Program-made: the position numbers and the translations under genes | Assembly (NCBI RefSeq): GCF_028641065.1 | Contig: NC_073392.1 | Span: forward strand, 4,216,001-4,280,000 | Length of the DNA stretch: 64,000 bases | Origin: Leucoraja erinacea | Taxonomy: Eukaryota | Direction: 5' to 3' | The notes under the pieces: generated by a model | Seen by the model: the letters and a program-made list of their open reading frames with translations, nothing else | What the model was told of the DNA's origin: nothing | Database searches by the model: none | In this document: positions 1-12,560 of the stretch, in pieces | Layout of the letters: each line of letters starts with the position of its first letter | How positions within the stretch are numbered: position 1 is the first letter of the stretch

Positions 1-739
1 TTGATGTCAATGAGAAATGCAATAGGATCCAAACTATTAAATAGAATGAAACATTTCACCCAGAGAAAGGTGTGCTGCAAAACTCTCTGAGAACAATCAC
101 TTCTTGTGAACAATATTAAATGAATCATTTTCACCAGGGAGTAGATTTTGCTTGAGGTTGCCTAGGAGCAGCTCTGGATTTATTTACATTCACTCTCACG
201 ATAAAATGATAAGATTATTCCCAGCACAGATTCAAAATGTATTTCTATGTCAGATGCAAAATTCACGGTAAATCAGAGTTAGCCACAAACCATTTAACAG
301 CTTGCCAGTCAAAATGTAATCAAAAGGACTATTTTGTTTACTGTTGGAGAATGTATTAAGAATATGAGTTTACAACTATTGGAATGCACCTAACCCATGA
401 CTTTAATTCATTACCAGTCCTGATCTCAATAGGATTCATGCAGTGATGTTTGCTTTGGGGTTTTTTTTCTGGACAGAAGTTGATTGAGACTGACGTGTTA
501 AAAAAACAAGACTTTCAATGTAAAGCAGTTTAAGAGGTTTAATCTCTGCATGCAAGTTTCCACGTACCACCCTCTGCAGCTAAATATTGATTAAATGCCA
601 TTTTTGGCATCCTCTGATCCCAGCAGGTTCTCCTAGTACAAAGATGCATGTTATGGCTGCTTCACTTGTTCCATACAACATCGTTTCAATATCACCCCAG
701 CATGGTCAATGAAGGGGAGATCAGGAGGAGTTTCTTTAG

Positions 740-965
740 TCACAGTTTGGTGAATCACAGACCGCTGTGGAGGCCAAGACGGCAAATATTTTTAAAGTGG
801 AGATTGACAGTTTCTTGAATAGTAAGGTGTCAAAGGATATGGGGGGGGGGGGGGGGGGGGGGGGGGGGGAGAGAATTGTATTGAGAGGGAAAGATAGATC
901 ATAAATGATTGAATGATGGAGTAGACTCAATGGGCCAAATGGCCTATTTCTACTCCGATGACATG
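740..965 (+). mobile_element. CR1 LINE 3' fragment with an internal G29 tract
   Basis: gctgtggaggccaag..tttaaagtggagattgacag..aaggatatg(g)n..gactcaatgggccaaatggcct matches the other CR1 3' ends in the window. Confidence 0.75.
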
Positions 966-1097
966 AACTTATGGGTCCAGGTTCTTGCTGAGAAAGATGT
1001 TGATATGCACCATAATAACCTCTCAACACACTTCATCACCACAGGTGTTACAGCTACTGGTTGGTCGTCATTGAGGCACATCACCTTACTCTTCTTT
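966..1097 (-). mobile_element. Rex1/Babar-like LINE RT fragment
   Basis: The minus-strand translation [21 protein letters not shown] resembles the CLNDYRPVALTxxxMKCFERL motif of Rex1-group RTs. Confidence 0.7.
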
Positions 1098-1299
1098 GGG
1101 AGCAGGCCCTTCGGCCCATGATGTCTGTGCCAATCATGATGCCCAAATAAACTAACCTTATCTGCCCTACACATGATCCATATCCCTTCATTGCCAGCTT
1201 GTCAGGGCGGATTCGGTGGGCCGAAGGGCCTGTTTCCGTGCTGTATCTCTAAACCAAATTTAACTTTTGCTCGATACATTGCACCGCAATTTCACACCC

Positions 1300-1925
1300 G
1301 TTGGAAATCAATACAACACTCGCTGGGCATCGCCGGAGGGGAGCGCTCCGTTCACTGGCCCGAGGCAGCCTGAAGCCGCGGTCTGCGGAGCTCCAGCTGG
1401 CGCGGCGTCCGCAGCCTGTGATCCATCGTTGGGGACCCGGGAGGAGAAGAAGCTCCGACCGCCGATCCGCGGCCAACTTCTACCGCGGGCGCGGCGGGGA
1501 CTTACCATCAGGATTGGGGTCCCTCGCCGGGGAACCCTGGAGAGGAGCTCTGACCGCCGGCCATGCGGTCTGCGGTGCTTCTGGCTACGGCGCGGCGGGG
1601 ACTTTAAATCTGTGACCTGCGGCCTGCGGCCTACACCAAACTGAAGCCGCGGTCTCCAGTGGGGAAGCAACGATTCAGGATTTACCTGGACTTTATCTGG
1701 ATGCCTGCAGCGGTCCCGACCACGGGGGAAAATGGAAGTGAACAGGACAAATTTTGTGCCTTCCACCACAGCGATGAATGAATGCTGTGGTGGATGTTTG
1801 TGCTAAAAACATTTAATTGTGCATTTGTGTGTTCTTTATCATTGTACCGCTGCTGGCAAATTCATTTCACTTGCACTTTATGTACAAGTGACGAATAAAA
1901 CTGATATTGATTGATATTGATATAT
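1300..1925 (+). mobile_element. GC/CpG-rich retroposon-like repeat with internal duplications and a LINE-type 3' tail
   Basis: ctgaagccgcggtct occurs at 1370 and 1641, and an approximately 97-100-bp unit is duplicated (agctcYgaccgccg..gcgcggcggggactt). It ends in a hairpin (cacttgcac..gtacaagtg), aataaaa and (gatatt)n. Confidence 0.55.
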
Positions 1926-2257
1926 CCAAAGGCTCTCGATATTGGACAATTCTCTCGGTTGCTGCACTTCATTTGATATTTACATAAGAATGGTTGGGAT
2001 CATGCTGTTATACATTTCCACAAGTGCATTAGTTGAAAATGAAACCATTAAACAATTTAGTGTTCCTTCATCAGTAAGCGTTAGCTTTTAAAATAGAAAA
2101 AGTCATTTCATTGTTGTCAAATTATCACTTCAGAAGACAGTGAAGCGGGGAGAGTAATAAGTCTGAAGTGGATAACTGCTAACTTTAAAATAACAATCAT
2201 TACAATGTCGCGTTGGTACTGACAATGTCGCAGCAGCCATTCATTGTTTTCTTGGAA

Positions 2258-2717
2258 TGTGTAGGAAGGAAATGCAGATGCTGGTTTAAACCGAGGATAG
2301 ACACAAAAAGCTGGAGTAACTGGCAGAGTCTCTGGAGAGAAGGACTGGGTGATGGCTTGGGTCGTGATCCTTCTTTAGACTGGACTAGTCTTCGAGACCG
2401 AAGAAGGGTCTCGACCCAAAACGTCACCAATTCCTTCTCTCCAGAGACGCTGCCTGTCCCGCTGAGTTACTCCAGCATTTTGTGTTGGGTCCGATTTAGG
2501 ATGGAGTCGAGGTATGCGGAAATAAGTTCGGTGGGACATGAACAGGCAGAAACAATGGATCTGCCAGGACAGTCAGGTTTGTGGATTTTGGGGAGAAGAT
2601 AAAATCGGGCCGAGTGGGGCTCGACCCGAAACGTCGCCTATTTCCTTCTCTCCACAGATGCTGCCTCACCCGCTGAGTTTCTCCAGCATTTTTGTCCACC
2701 AGCATTTTGTGTCTACG
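2258..2717. mobile_element. Penelope-like element remnant: palindromic pLTR, RT fragment and second pLTR arm
   Basis: Inverted arms span 2258-2486. Minus strand 2497-2619 translates PHSARFYLLPKIHKPDCPGRSIVSACSCPTELISAYLDSIL (PLE RT YxLPKIHK..PxRPIVS motif). A further arm spans 2620-2717. Confidence 0.85.
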
Positions 2718-2981
2718 TTCTACTTTTTCTTAATTAGTTTGCCCTAATGAGCAACTGCTTCTCCTTGTGAACAAATTAGCTTCTTCAGGCTAACACGCAG
2801 AGAGTTCTGCTGAGGAGAGGGACAGAGAAAGCAAAATGGCCACTGGTGACGGCAGTTTGAGTCCACCCATTCCGTAGCTGCATTTCAGCCAAGTGCAGGG
2901 TTGCTTTTTAGCTACACTGCACTTTGGGACAATTATCGAAGTACAAAGGACAACAGAAAGTTCTATATTTGATCTCATCAG

Positions 2982-3162
2982 ATGCTATATTTAAGAGGGA
3001 GTTAGATGTGGCCCTTGTGGCCACTGTGGATCAGGGGGTATGGAGAGAAGGCAGGTACAGGATACTGAGTTGGATGATCAGCCATGATCATATTGAATGG
3101 CGGTGTAGGCTCGAAGGGCCGAATGGCCTCTACTCCTGCAGCTATTTTCTATGTTTTCTATC
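2982..3162 (+). mobile_element. CR1 LINE 3' end
   Basis: atttaagagggagttagatgtggccc..gatcagccatgatcatattgaatggcgg..ttctatgttttcta tail. Confidence 0.8.
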
Positions 3163-3992
3163 AGACTATGTTCATTTGTATCATAGTCAGAGGCATCTCT
3201 TGGATGGGAGTTTTCATTACATGATTTAATTCAAGTGCTGAAATAACTCAGCCAGACAGGCAGCATCTCTGGAGAAATGGATAGGTGAAGTGTCCCGACC
3301 CGAAATGTCACATATCCATGTTCTCCAGAGATTATGCCTGACTGAGATTATGGGTTACTCCAGCACTTTGTGTCTTTTTTTTGTAAAGCAGCTTCTCCAT
3401 TAAATTAAACATTCTCAGCTTTACCATGTTGATGAAAGACACTTTGATCTCCCCAAAACCTGTCGGTCTTCCAGCACAACATCTTTCCTTTCCTTGTCTT
3501 TCATTGTCTTTCCTTGTTCATCCTTGGTAAACTAGCATCGCAGTCCCCTGGTTCTACACTACAGACCATCCTGGTTCTATACTACAGACCACCTCCTGCC
3601 AAGTCATGGACTAGTTTCATTCTTTGTCTCGTGCATTAATGTCTTGTTTTTTGTTTTGTGCTGACTTTTGCTTTTTTCTGTCTTGCAAATTCTATGTTCG
3701 ATCTATGTTTCAGTGTATTGTCTGGGTCAATTAGCCTGCGATACTGCTGCAAGCAAGACTTCCCTTGCATTTGTACCTCACCGGGCCTGTGCATAACAGC
3801 AATAAACTCAACTTGACTTTATCCCACAAAACCTTAACTAAAAGTGTATTGTGTTTCCTTTAAATTTACTCATTAGAAAAAAAACATATTATAGACTGGA
3901 GAATGTAACATTTCTAAGTAGGATTATTAATCTATACAGCTGGTTATGAATTTAATTTGAGAGGCTTTGAATCAAACTCTGACACTCATGCA

Positions 3993-4315
3993 GGGCGGCA
4001 CGATAGCACAGCAGTAGAGTTGCTGCCCATTCAGCGCTCACAGTGGCAGAGACCTGGGTTCGATCCTGACGACAGGCGCTGTTTGTACAGAGTTTGTACG
4101 TTCTCCCCCTGACCTGTGTGGGGGTTTTTTCCGAGATCTTCAGTTTCCTCCCACACTCCAATGATGTGCAGGTTTGTAGGTTAATTGGCTTGGTATAAAT
4201 GTAAAATTGTCCCTAATGTGCGTAGGATGGTGCTAGTGTGCAGGGATCACTGATCGGTGCGGACTTGGTCAGCCGAAGGGCCTGTTTCCGCGCTGTATCT
4301 CTAAACTAAACTAAA
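3993..4315 (+). mobile_element. HE1-type tRNA-derived V-SINE, near full length
   Basis: A-box-like tagcacagcag, B box ggttcgatcc (4057), core gagtttgtacgttctcccc..ttcctcccacactcca, CR1-like tail gccgaagggcctgtttcc and (aaact)n. Confidence 0.85.
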
Positions 4316-4795
4316 AGCTAAATAAGTTGAAGAATCGTAAAAGTTAACCCGAGTAGAAAAATGTAAAGTAAAGTTTAGGGGAATTACAATGGGCAGCTGG
4401 TACACCTGTACCCTTTACTGCTTTGCCAATGTTGAATACCTTGTTTACAGCACAGCATAGCTCGGCTAATTTTACTTTGGGAAAGCAATCCTGGTGAGAG
4501 CTGGGGATGTGTACATTTGACTAATTGTTCCACTGGAATAACGCCCATGGCAGCATCTGACCGTGTTCTGAATGAGTTCTGTGCTCTTTGCAGAGGAGGC
4601 TGGATTAGACTCTCCTGAACCTGATGCGTTACCGCTCATGATAAATAACTTCTCCCATGCACGCCCCGCATTCTACATGCCAATCAGCATCAAATGCCAC
4701 AGAGAACTAACATCACATCCAAAACCTGCATACAGTAATAATGGGACCTGGACAGCAGTGATCATTTCACTTTCTCAGCTCTACTGAATTAGATT

Positions 4796-4975
4796 TTCAA
4801 GAAGGAACAGCAGATGCTGGAGGATCGAAGGTAGACAAAATTGCTGGAGAAACTCAGCGGGTGCGGCAGCATCTATGGAGCGAAGGAAATAGGCAACGTT
4901 TCGGGACGAAACGTTGCCTATTTCCTCCGCTCCATAGATGCTGCAGCAACCGCTGAGTTTCTCCAGCAATTTTGT
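4796..4975. mobile_element. Palindromic PLE pLTR insertion with TSD
   Basis: Inverted arms around gcaacgtttcgggacgaaacgttgc. Flanks ctactgaattagatt (4781-4795) and ctactgtattagatt (4976-4990). Confidence 0.85.
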
Positions 4976-5127
4976 CTACTGTATTAGATTGTTGCAGGAC
5001 TTGGTGGGCGAATCAACAATACCTGAGGTACCTCTGGCAAAACCTATCCCGGTGTCCTAGAGTCGTCCAGCATGGAAACAGGCCCTTCGGCCCAATTTGC
5101 CCGTGCCGACCAAGTTGACTATCTAGT

Positions 5128-5448
5128 ATGAATGAATGAATACGTTTATTGGCCAAGTATGTTCACATACAAGGAATTTGCCTTAGTGCTCCGCTCGCAA
5201 GTAGCAACATGACATACAGTGACAATTAAGAATGACACATAAAACATTAATAATAAAACATTATCGATTAAACATGTGAATTAATTAAAATACCAGAGCA
5301 AAAAGGAGGCTACAGATTTTTGGTTATTGATTACAGCTACGGCTCATGGAAAAAAGCTGTTTTTATGTCTGGCTGTGGCAGTCCGGAGTCGCCTTCCAGA
5401 GGGAAGTGATTCAAAGAGTTTGTTGCCAGGGTGAGAGGAGTCAGAGAT
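5128..5448 (-). mobile_element. Rex1-like LINE 3' end
   Basis: (tgaa)n tail followed by tttattggccaagtatg. The minus-strand 3' end has LPSGRRL-like coding sequence (cttccctctggaaggcgactccgg). Confidence 0.65.
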
Positions 5449-5904
5449 CCTACCTGCCCTCGCTGGGCCCATATCCTTCTAAACCTTTCCTATTTATGTA
5501 CTCGTTCCATATACCCCCTCTGAGTGAAAGACACAGACAGCATTTGTGGAGGGAAACATGTATATCCCATGGAGGGGGCGCTCGTAAAACTGGTTTGACT
5601 GGGGCATGAATAGGACATTCCAAGGGATGATTTGCCAAAGGCTGTGCGCTCTGGTCAATTCAAGAAAGCCCCTTGAAAACTCCAACTTGGCAATAGGGTC
5701 CACAAAGGTCTCAAGTGATACAGAATATCCCCTGATGGCTTGTAAAACCCTGCTGGGGTAAGCCAAGTCAGGGATGGTTTAATCATTGTGAACATCCAAG
5801 GGTACCACGCAGGTGGTGGCACGTGGACAGTGGATGTTGCAACCCCCAGTCCGTGGCTGGGACTGTAGCCACTGTAGGAAGGTTTTCTCTGGTACACTGG
5901 AGGT

Positions 5905-6730
5905 TGAGATCAAACCTGCTAGAAGCATATAAAACCGATGAGAGGCATAAATAAGGTAGACTAGAATGTTGCCTGGGTTTCAGCAACTAAGTTACAGAGA
6001 TAGGTTGAATAAGTTAGGTCTTTATTCTCTGGAGCGCAGAAGGTTAAGGGGGGGACTTGATAGAGGTCTTTAAAATGATGAGAGGGATAGACAGAGTTGA
6101 TGTGGACAAGCTTTTCCCTTAGAGAATAGGGAAGATTCAAACAAGAGGACATGACTTCAGAATTAAGGGACAGAAGTTTAGGGGTAACATGAGGGGGAAC
6201 TTCTTTACTCAGAGAGTGGTAGCGGTGTGGAATGAGCTTCCAGTGGAAGTGGTGGAGGCAGGTTCGTTGGTAACATTTAAAAATAAATTGGATAGGCATA
6301 TGGATGAGAAGGGAATGGAGGGTTATGGTATGAGTGCAGGCAGGTGGGACTAAGGGGAAAAAAAGTTGTTCGGCACGGACTTGTAGGGCCGAGATGGCCT
6401 GTTTCCGTGCTGTAATTGTTATATGGTTATATGGTTATAGACAGGCAGTACTGTCTCCCAAAGTGGATACATCAAAGATTGGAGGACAGGAGGATTTAAG
6501 GTGAAAGGGGCAGAGTTTAAATGAGATGTGCGGGACAAGTTTTTCCCCCACAGTGGGTGGTGGGTGCCTGGAATGCGATGCTGATGGTGGTGGTGGAGGC
6601 AGATACAATAGTGGTGTTTAAGAAGATTTTGGATAGTACCATGGATATGCAGTGAATGGAGGGATATGGAACACATGCCGGCAGATGAGGTTAAATTATC
6701 TTGGCATTGTGTTCAGCACAAACATTGTGG
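5905..6730 (+). mobile_element. Nested CR1 LINEs: young copy (5962-6436, (gttatatg)n tail) inside an older CR1 3' fragment
   Basis: The older CR1 sequence resumes after the young copy, and tagac is duplicated at 5957-5961 and 6437-6441. Confidence 0.8.
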
Positions 6731-7433
6731 GCTGGAGGTGGACACAAAATGCTGGAGTAACTCAGCAGGTCAAGCCTGTTCCTGTACTGTTCTATGCTTC
6801 ATGTTGTATGTTTGTTGCACACAAAACAAGCTCTTCTCCCAGTGTACTGTCAAGCCCCTATTGACTGATCCACTTGGTTTATCATCGCGATGTTGCATGG
6901 CCCTCGATGTTCAGATGTCAGTCCAGATGATTGTAAGCATGTTTGGATAAAGTCCGTCCGAACCTTGCCCTTCTCAACCTCAACCTGCGATGCTTCGTCC
7001 TGTTTCTCGGACATATCTGAAAGCCAGTACCGGCAATTAAGGCTGCTATGTATGCCACTTGCACAGTCAGACATGTGAGTCAAAATCCACACTGTCTCTC
7101 CAAGAACAACAGGACATCAGGCTAATGAGAGCATAACGGATGCAAGTCAATCACATTTCCATACAACAGTCAGGCCATTGCTGTAAATGCATTAACTACA
7201 TTCGTTGATGGTAAACTGTTTAAAAATAAATTACTTAAAAAATTAAATTATAATTTCTGAAACCTGACAGCTACATGTAATTATATGAATAATTTCACAG
7301 TTATATCCATTCTCTATTAGTTTTTCAAAATTAGGTTAGACATTAGATGGATGATATTTAACCCCTGGGCTGCTGGCAGCAAATTTTGCCTATTTTCCTC
7401 ATAAAATAGAAATGAGGAAGATTTCACACATTG

Positions 7434-7690
7434 GTTTAGATTAGTTTTTTAGTTTTAGAGATACAGTGCGGAAACAGGCCATTCGGCCCACCGAGTCTGC
7501 GCCGACCAGCGATCCCCGCACACTAACACTATCCTACACACACTAGGGCCGATTTACTGTTTTAGCAAGCTAATTAGTGTTGGGGGGGGGGGAAAACCAG
7601 AGCTCCCAGAGAAAACCCATGCAGTTCACGGGTGGAACGTACAAACCCCGTAAATACAGCACCCATAGTCAGTATCAAACCCGGGTCCTG
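7434..7690 (-). mobile_element. HE1-type SINE (partial)
   Basis: Reverse complement of the 3993 element: tttagagatacagtgcggaaacaggcc..cacactaacactatcctacacac. Confidence 0.8.
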
Positions 7691-7697
7691 CTGCCCG

Positions 7698-7898
7698 CTG
7701 CCTCAGAGGGCAGTGGAGGCAGGTTCTCTGGATACTTTCAAGAGAGAGCTAGATAGGGCTCTTAAAAATAGCAGTCAGGGGATATGGGGGGAAGGCAGGA
7801 ACGGGGTACTGATTGTGGATGATCAGCCATGGTCACATTGAATGGCGGTGCTAGCTCAAAGGGCCAAATGGCCTGCTCCTGCACTTATTGTCTATTGA
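7698..7898 (+). mobile_element. CR1 LINE 3' end ((tctattg)n tail subfamily)
   Basis: LPQRAVEAGSLDTFKRELDRAL translation followed by the CR1 3' UTR. Confidence 0.85.
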
Positions 7899-8354
7899 CT
7901 ATTTGGATATTCATTCAGAGTTGGAAAGCTACATTTTATTTATTTGTAGTTTCTCCAAGATGTTTAGAATGGTGTAAACAGTCACTGGATTCATGGACAG
8001 TGAAGACTCCGATCAAAGAAAACATTCTTTCACCACATGCAACAGTGGATTTGCCAATTGTTGAAGTTATCAAGATAATCTGTCTACCTATGTTAAATTA
8101 ATCTCATTAATCCCAGTTCAACAAATTCAGCTACTTCAGAACAAAGGACCTCTGGCACTGGTGGGTTCAATCATTAATAAAACCAGGTACCAGCACATAA
8201 CTATTCATAAATGCAGCCCCTGAAAATTAATTGTAGCATTTGAGAATTAAACAGAAAGAACCTCATTTATTATTTGAATGTTTCAGTTAATTACTGAATG
8301 TTTTAATATCTTTTTGTAAATGTCATAGAAATTGTACCACATCAATATGTCGTA

Positions 8355-8661
8355 AAGCCCTGTCCCACTGTACGAGGTAATTCACGAGTTCTCCCGAGTT
8401 TCCCCGATTCGAACTCGGGGAATTACGATAATAGCCGTTCGTAAGTAATCGGGGCTCTCGTGGACACTCTCTGCACTGTTGAAAAAACTTCACGAGCTTA
8501 CCACGTTTCCCGAGTACCTGCCGTTAGCGTTACGAGCCGCTAAGAGACGTCCCGAGCTCCGACGTTTCCGCTACATACATTCTACGTACTTACCACGAGT
8601 TTGATTTTTTTTTAAACTCGGGAGAGCTCTTGGGTAAACTTGTATAGTGGGACAGGCCCTT
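8355..8661. mobile_element. Non-autonomous DNA transposon (MITE), TIR about AAGGGCCTGTCCCACT, TA flanks
   Basis: ta|aagccctgtcccactgtacgag ... cttgtatagtgggacaggccctt|ta, with a CpG-rich interior. Confidence 0.85.
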
Positions 8662-8730
8662 TAATGAGGAAAACCTCTTTGCAGTGGAGATTCCAATGCT
8701 GTGGAGATTTCTTGACGCAGTTTCCCACTT

Positions 8731-9043
8731 TAGACTTTACTTTTGGACTTCAGAGATACAGTGTGGAAATGGGCCCTTCGGCTCACCAAGTCCACGCCGA
8801 CCAGCGACCCCCCCCCCCCCCTCCCGTACACTAGTTCCATCCTAAACACTAGAGACAATTTGCAGAAGGCAATTAACCTACAAACCTGCACATCTTTGGA
8901 ATGTGGGAGAAAACCAGAGCACCTGGAGAAAACCTACACGGTCACAGGGAGAACGTGCAAACTCCGTACAAACAGCGCCCGTGGTCAGGATCGAACCAGG
9001 GTCTCTGTCGCTGTAAGGCAGCAACTCTACCGCTGCTCCACCC
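8731..9043 (-). mobile_element. HE1-type SINE
   Basis: Reverse complement of the HE1 head (ggatcgaacc B box) through the tail, with an internal C14 tract. Confidence 0.85.
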
Positions 9044-9957
9044 TTCTTAGGAAAAAAAATTGTTTCATTAGAAAGATGCAAAATGCTGGAGTAACTCAGC
9101 GAGTCAGACAGCATCTCTGAAGATAAAGGAATAGGCGACATAATCGGTGGAGACTGTTTTCAGGTATTATTAGGAGTTGGAACTGGTGTTATTAAGAGCA
9201 ATAACTCTTGGCTGCAATGCACCTACGACAAAGCTATTGGAAGGCAATTTAAAATGTGGAAATTAAGTCGGAGCAGTGACTGATACCAACATTAACAGCT
9301 CAGCTTCTTTTTCATTGGAATTCAATGAACATGAGAAAATGACTGACTGCAATTATCACATAAACAGGAACCGCTTGAACAAATGCAGCACCATGATACT
9401 GAGAATTATTGAGGCGTTCCAATGTGACAAGCCAACATAAATGCAGCCTGCTGAAGATGTGTCCAGCTCCTTTTTAAGTTTGCCCCCAAGGTTACAGAAC
9501 AGAGAGAATGCACCGCATGCACCCACCATCTAATGGATTCTTACCATCAGCGTGATGTATGGATCTGGGAGTCAGAATGGATTGAGTGCCAATTGTTATC
9601 CTGTGGCTCAATATCCCAACTAGCAATCTCTTCAGGATTTGACAAATGGATTTTCAGTTGGAGGTTTGTTGTAGAGCTTCCAGCAGTAATTAATTCTCAC
9701 TGAAATAATTCATTTTCTCTTTGTGTATGTTCCTCGTAAATAACTATTGGAACTTAGCTATGTACAAGCTAAACCTGGTACTTTAAGGTCATTATGCTGG
9801 GATTGAAAGTTGTTTCTTATTCATCGACAGTTCCATTTTAAATGTTGAGATTTAATTTTTTTTTCAAATACCTGCTGGAGCATCTCAGGCAACATCTGTA
9901 GGGGGAAATGGACTGACATCATAGCCAACATGTGGTAATAAAGGTTTTTTTTTTAAG

Positions 9958-11140
9958 GCTTTGTGGCAAAGTTTGCGGATGAAATGAAAATAGTTGGAGG
10001 GGCAGGTAGTGTAGAGAAAGCAGGGACTCTGAAGAAGAAGAGTTTCGGCCCGAAACTTTGCCTTTTTCCTTCGCTCCATAGATGCTGCTGCACCCACTGA
10101 GTTTCTCCAGCATTTTTGTCTACTCTGCAGGAGGACCTAGACAGGTTGGGGCAGTGGGCAGAGAAGTGGCTGATGGAATAATAGCCAATAGACAATAGGT
10201 GCAGGAGTAGGCCATTCAGCCCTTCAAGCCAATACCGCCATTCAATGTGATCATGGCTGATCATCGCCAATCAGTACCCCGTTCCAGCCTTCTCCCCATA
10301 TCCTCTGACTCCACTATCTTTAAGAGCCCTATCTAGCTCTCTCTTGAAAGTATCCAGAGAACCAGCCTCCACCGAACCTCTGAGGAAGAGAATTCCACAG
10401 ATTCACAACTCTCAGTGTGAAAAGGTGTTTCCTCATCTCCGTTCTAAATGGCTTACCCCTTATTCTTAAACTGTGGCCGCTGGTTCTGGACTACCCCAAC
10501 ATCGGGAACATGTTTTCTGCCTCTAGCGTGTCCAAACCCTTAATAATCTTATGTTTCAATAAGATCCCCTCTCATCCTAAATTCCAGAGTATACAAGCCC
10601 AGCCGCTCCATTCTCTCAGCATATGGCAGTCCCGCCATCCCGGGAATTAATCTTGTGAACCTACGCTGCACTCCCTCAATAGCAAGAATGTCCTTCCTCA
10701 AGTTAGGGGACCAAAACTGCACACAATACTCCAGGTGTAGTCTCACTAGGGCCCTGTACAACTGCAGAAGGATCTCTTTGTACCTATACTCAACTCCTCT
10801 TGTTATGAAGGTCAACATGCCATTCGCTTTCTTAACTGCCTGCTGTATCTGCATGCTTATTTTCATTGACTGATAAACAAAGACCCCCAGATCCCGTTGT
10901 ACTTCCCCTTTTCCCAACTTGACACCATTTAGATAATAATCTGCCTTCCTGTTTTTGCTACCAAAGTGGATAACCTCACATTTATCCACATTAAACTGCA
11001 TCTGCCATGCATCTGCCCACTCACCCAACATGTCCAAGTCACCCTGTATATACAGTAGTGGAATCATGCATTTTGGTCAGTAGTAAAGAAAGCAGAATCG
11101 ATGCTTGCATTTATTTCAAGAGGGCTTGAATACAACAACA
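9958..11140. mobile_element. Nest: older plus-strand CR1 RT fragment interrupted by a PLE arm (10032-10121) and a minus-strand CR1 (about 10185-11047)
   Basis: Plus-strand KFAD-like sequence at about 9968 resumes near 11055. The minus ORF 10549-11067 ([27 protein letters not shown]) is CR1 ORF2. The PLE arm is flanked by an actctg duplication. Confidence 0.85.
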
Positions 11141-11785
11141 GAGGTGTATTGTCATCTTTACTCCCTGTATTGTCTTTTCAGTAACCTTCATTTGTTCTTT
11201 AAAAGCTTCCCAATGCTCTGGCTTCCTACTAATCTTTGCTATATTATATGCCTTCTTTTCTGGTTTTATACTGTCCTTGACTTCCCTTGACAGCCACGGT
11301 TGCCTCTTTCTCCCCTTATAATCTTTCTTCCAGGGAGATATTGTCCTTTTAAGAACACATCTGTGACATGATCAAGAATGGAGACTGCAGCAGTTCTTTA
11401 CAAATTGGAACTTGATCAGTTCTTCAGAAGAGGGTGTGTTGGCAGCTTGAGAACTGAAGGATCTGTATCTTTCAGTTATCATCCGCTTCATTCAAACACA
11501 CTCAACTGGAACTTGTTCTTTAACCTTCAGCGCTGGTCAGATGATACTGATTCTCCTTATGATTTCTTACATGATTCTTTTCCTTGCTAAAATAAATGGA
11601 AAAATCAGGTTTAGGTTTAGTTTTATTATAGGCACGTGTATGGAAGTATTCTGTAAAAACATTGCATTCTGTAAAAACAGATACTCCATACATAAATACA
11701 ATCAAGGCAAACGCAATTACAATAGATGAGCAAAGGGGACAGTGCAGAATATAATTCTCAGCATTGTAGCGCACCAGTTCCATGG

Positions 11786-12295
11786 ATAGAAACATAGAAA
11801 ATAGGTGCAGGAGTAGGCCATTCGGCCCTTCGAGTCTGCACCGCCATTCAATATGATCATGGTTAATCATCCAACTCAGTATCCTGTACCTGCCTTCTCT
11901 CCATACCCCCTGATCCCTTTAGCCACAAGGGCCACATCTAACTCCCTCTTAAATATAGCCAATGAACTGGCCTCAACTACCTTCTGTGGCAGAGAATTCC
12001 ACAGATTCATCACTCTCTGTGTAAAAAATGATTTTCCCATCTCGGTCCTAAAAGACTTCGCCCTCCCGCCCTTGTTCTGGACTTCCCCAACATCGGAAAC
12101 AATCTTCCTGCATCTAGCCTGTCCAACCCCTTAAGAAATTTGTAAGTTTCTATAAGATCCCCCCTCATTCTTCTAAATTCTAGTGAGTACAAGCCGAGTC
12201 TATCCAGTCTTTCTTCATATGAAAGTCCTGCCACCCAGGAATCAGTCTGGTGAACCTTCTCTGTACTCCCTCTATGGCAAGAATGTCTTTACTCA
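11786..12295 (-). mobile_element. CR1 LINE 3' fragment
   Basis: ORF 12010-12234 [26 protein letters not shown] and a (tctatgtt)n tail. Confidence 0.9.
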
Positions 12296-12339
12296 GATTA
12301 GGATAAAGTCCAACGACCACAATGGGATGGAGGTGAATC

Positions 12340-12560
12340 GGACAGTTCGCTGACTTATTTTAGAACTGTTCCGAAGCCTGATAACAGAGGGGTAGAAGCT
12401 GTTTCTGTGTCTGGCGGTGCATGCTTTCAAACATTTGTACCATCTCCCAGAAATAACAGGGACACAAAGGAATGACCAGGGTGGGGCAAGTCTATGACTA
12501 CGTTGCGGCTTTTTCGAGGCAGCCTGAAGTGTAGATGGAGTCAATTGACAGTGAAATCCT
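12340..12560 (-). mobile_element. Rex1-like LINE ORF 3' end
   Basis: Translation SGRWYKCLKACTARHRNSFYPSVIRL matches the Rex1-group C-terminal motif. Confidence 0.7.

Noticed and set aside
1249-1769. Overlapping ORFs on both strands
   Set aside because: Expected from stop-poor GC-rich repeat sequence, with no protein motif.
3993-4070. tRNA gene
   Set aside because: The A and B boxes belong to a SINE head that continues into the V-SINE core and tail.
4584-4787. Plus-strand exon after ctctttgcag
   Set aside because: No recognisable protein, no good donor and no partner exons.
11305-11590. Plus-strand acceptor ttcttccag with a downstream ORF
   Set aside because: The pyrimidine tract comes from an antisense CR1 scrap, and all three frames stop shortly after the AG.
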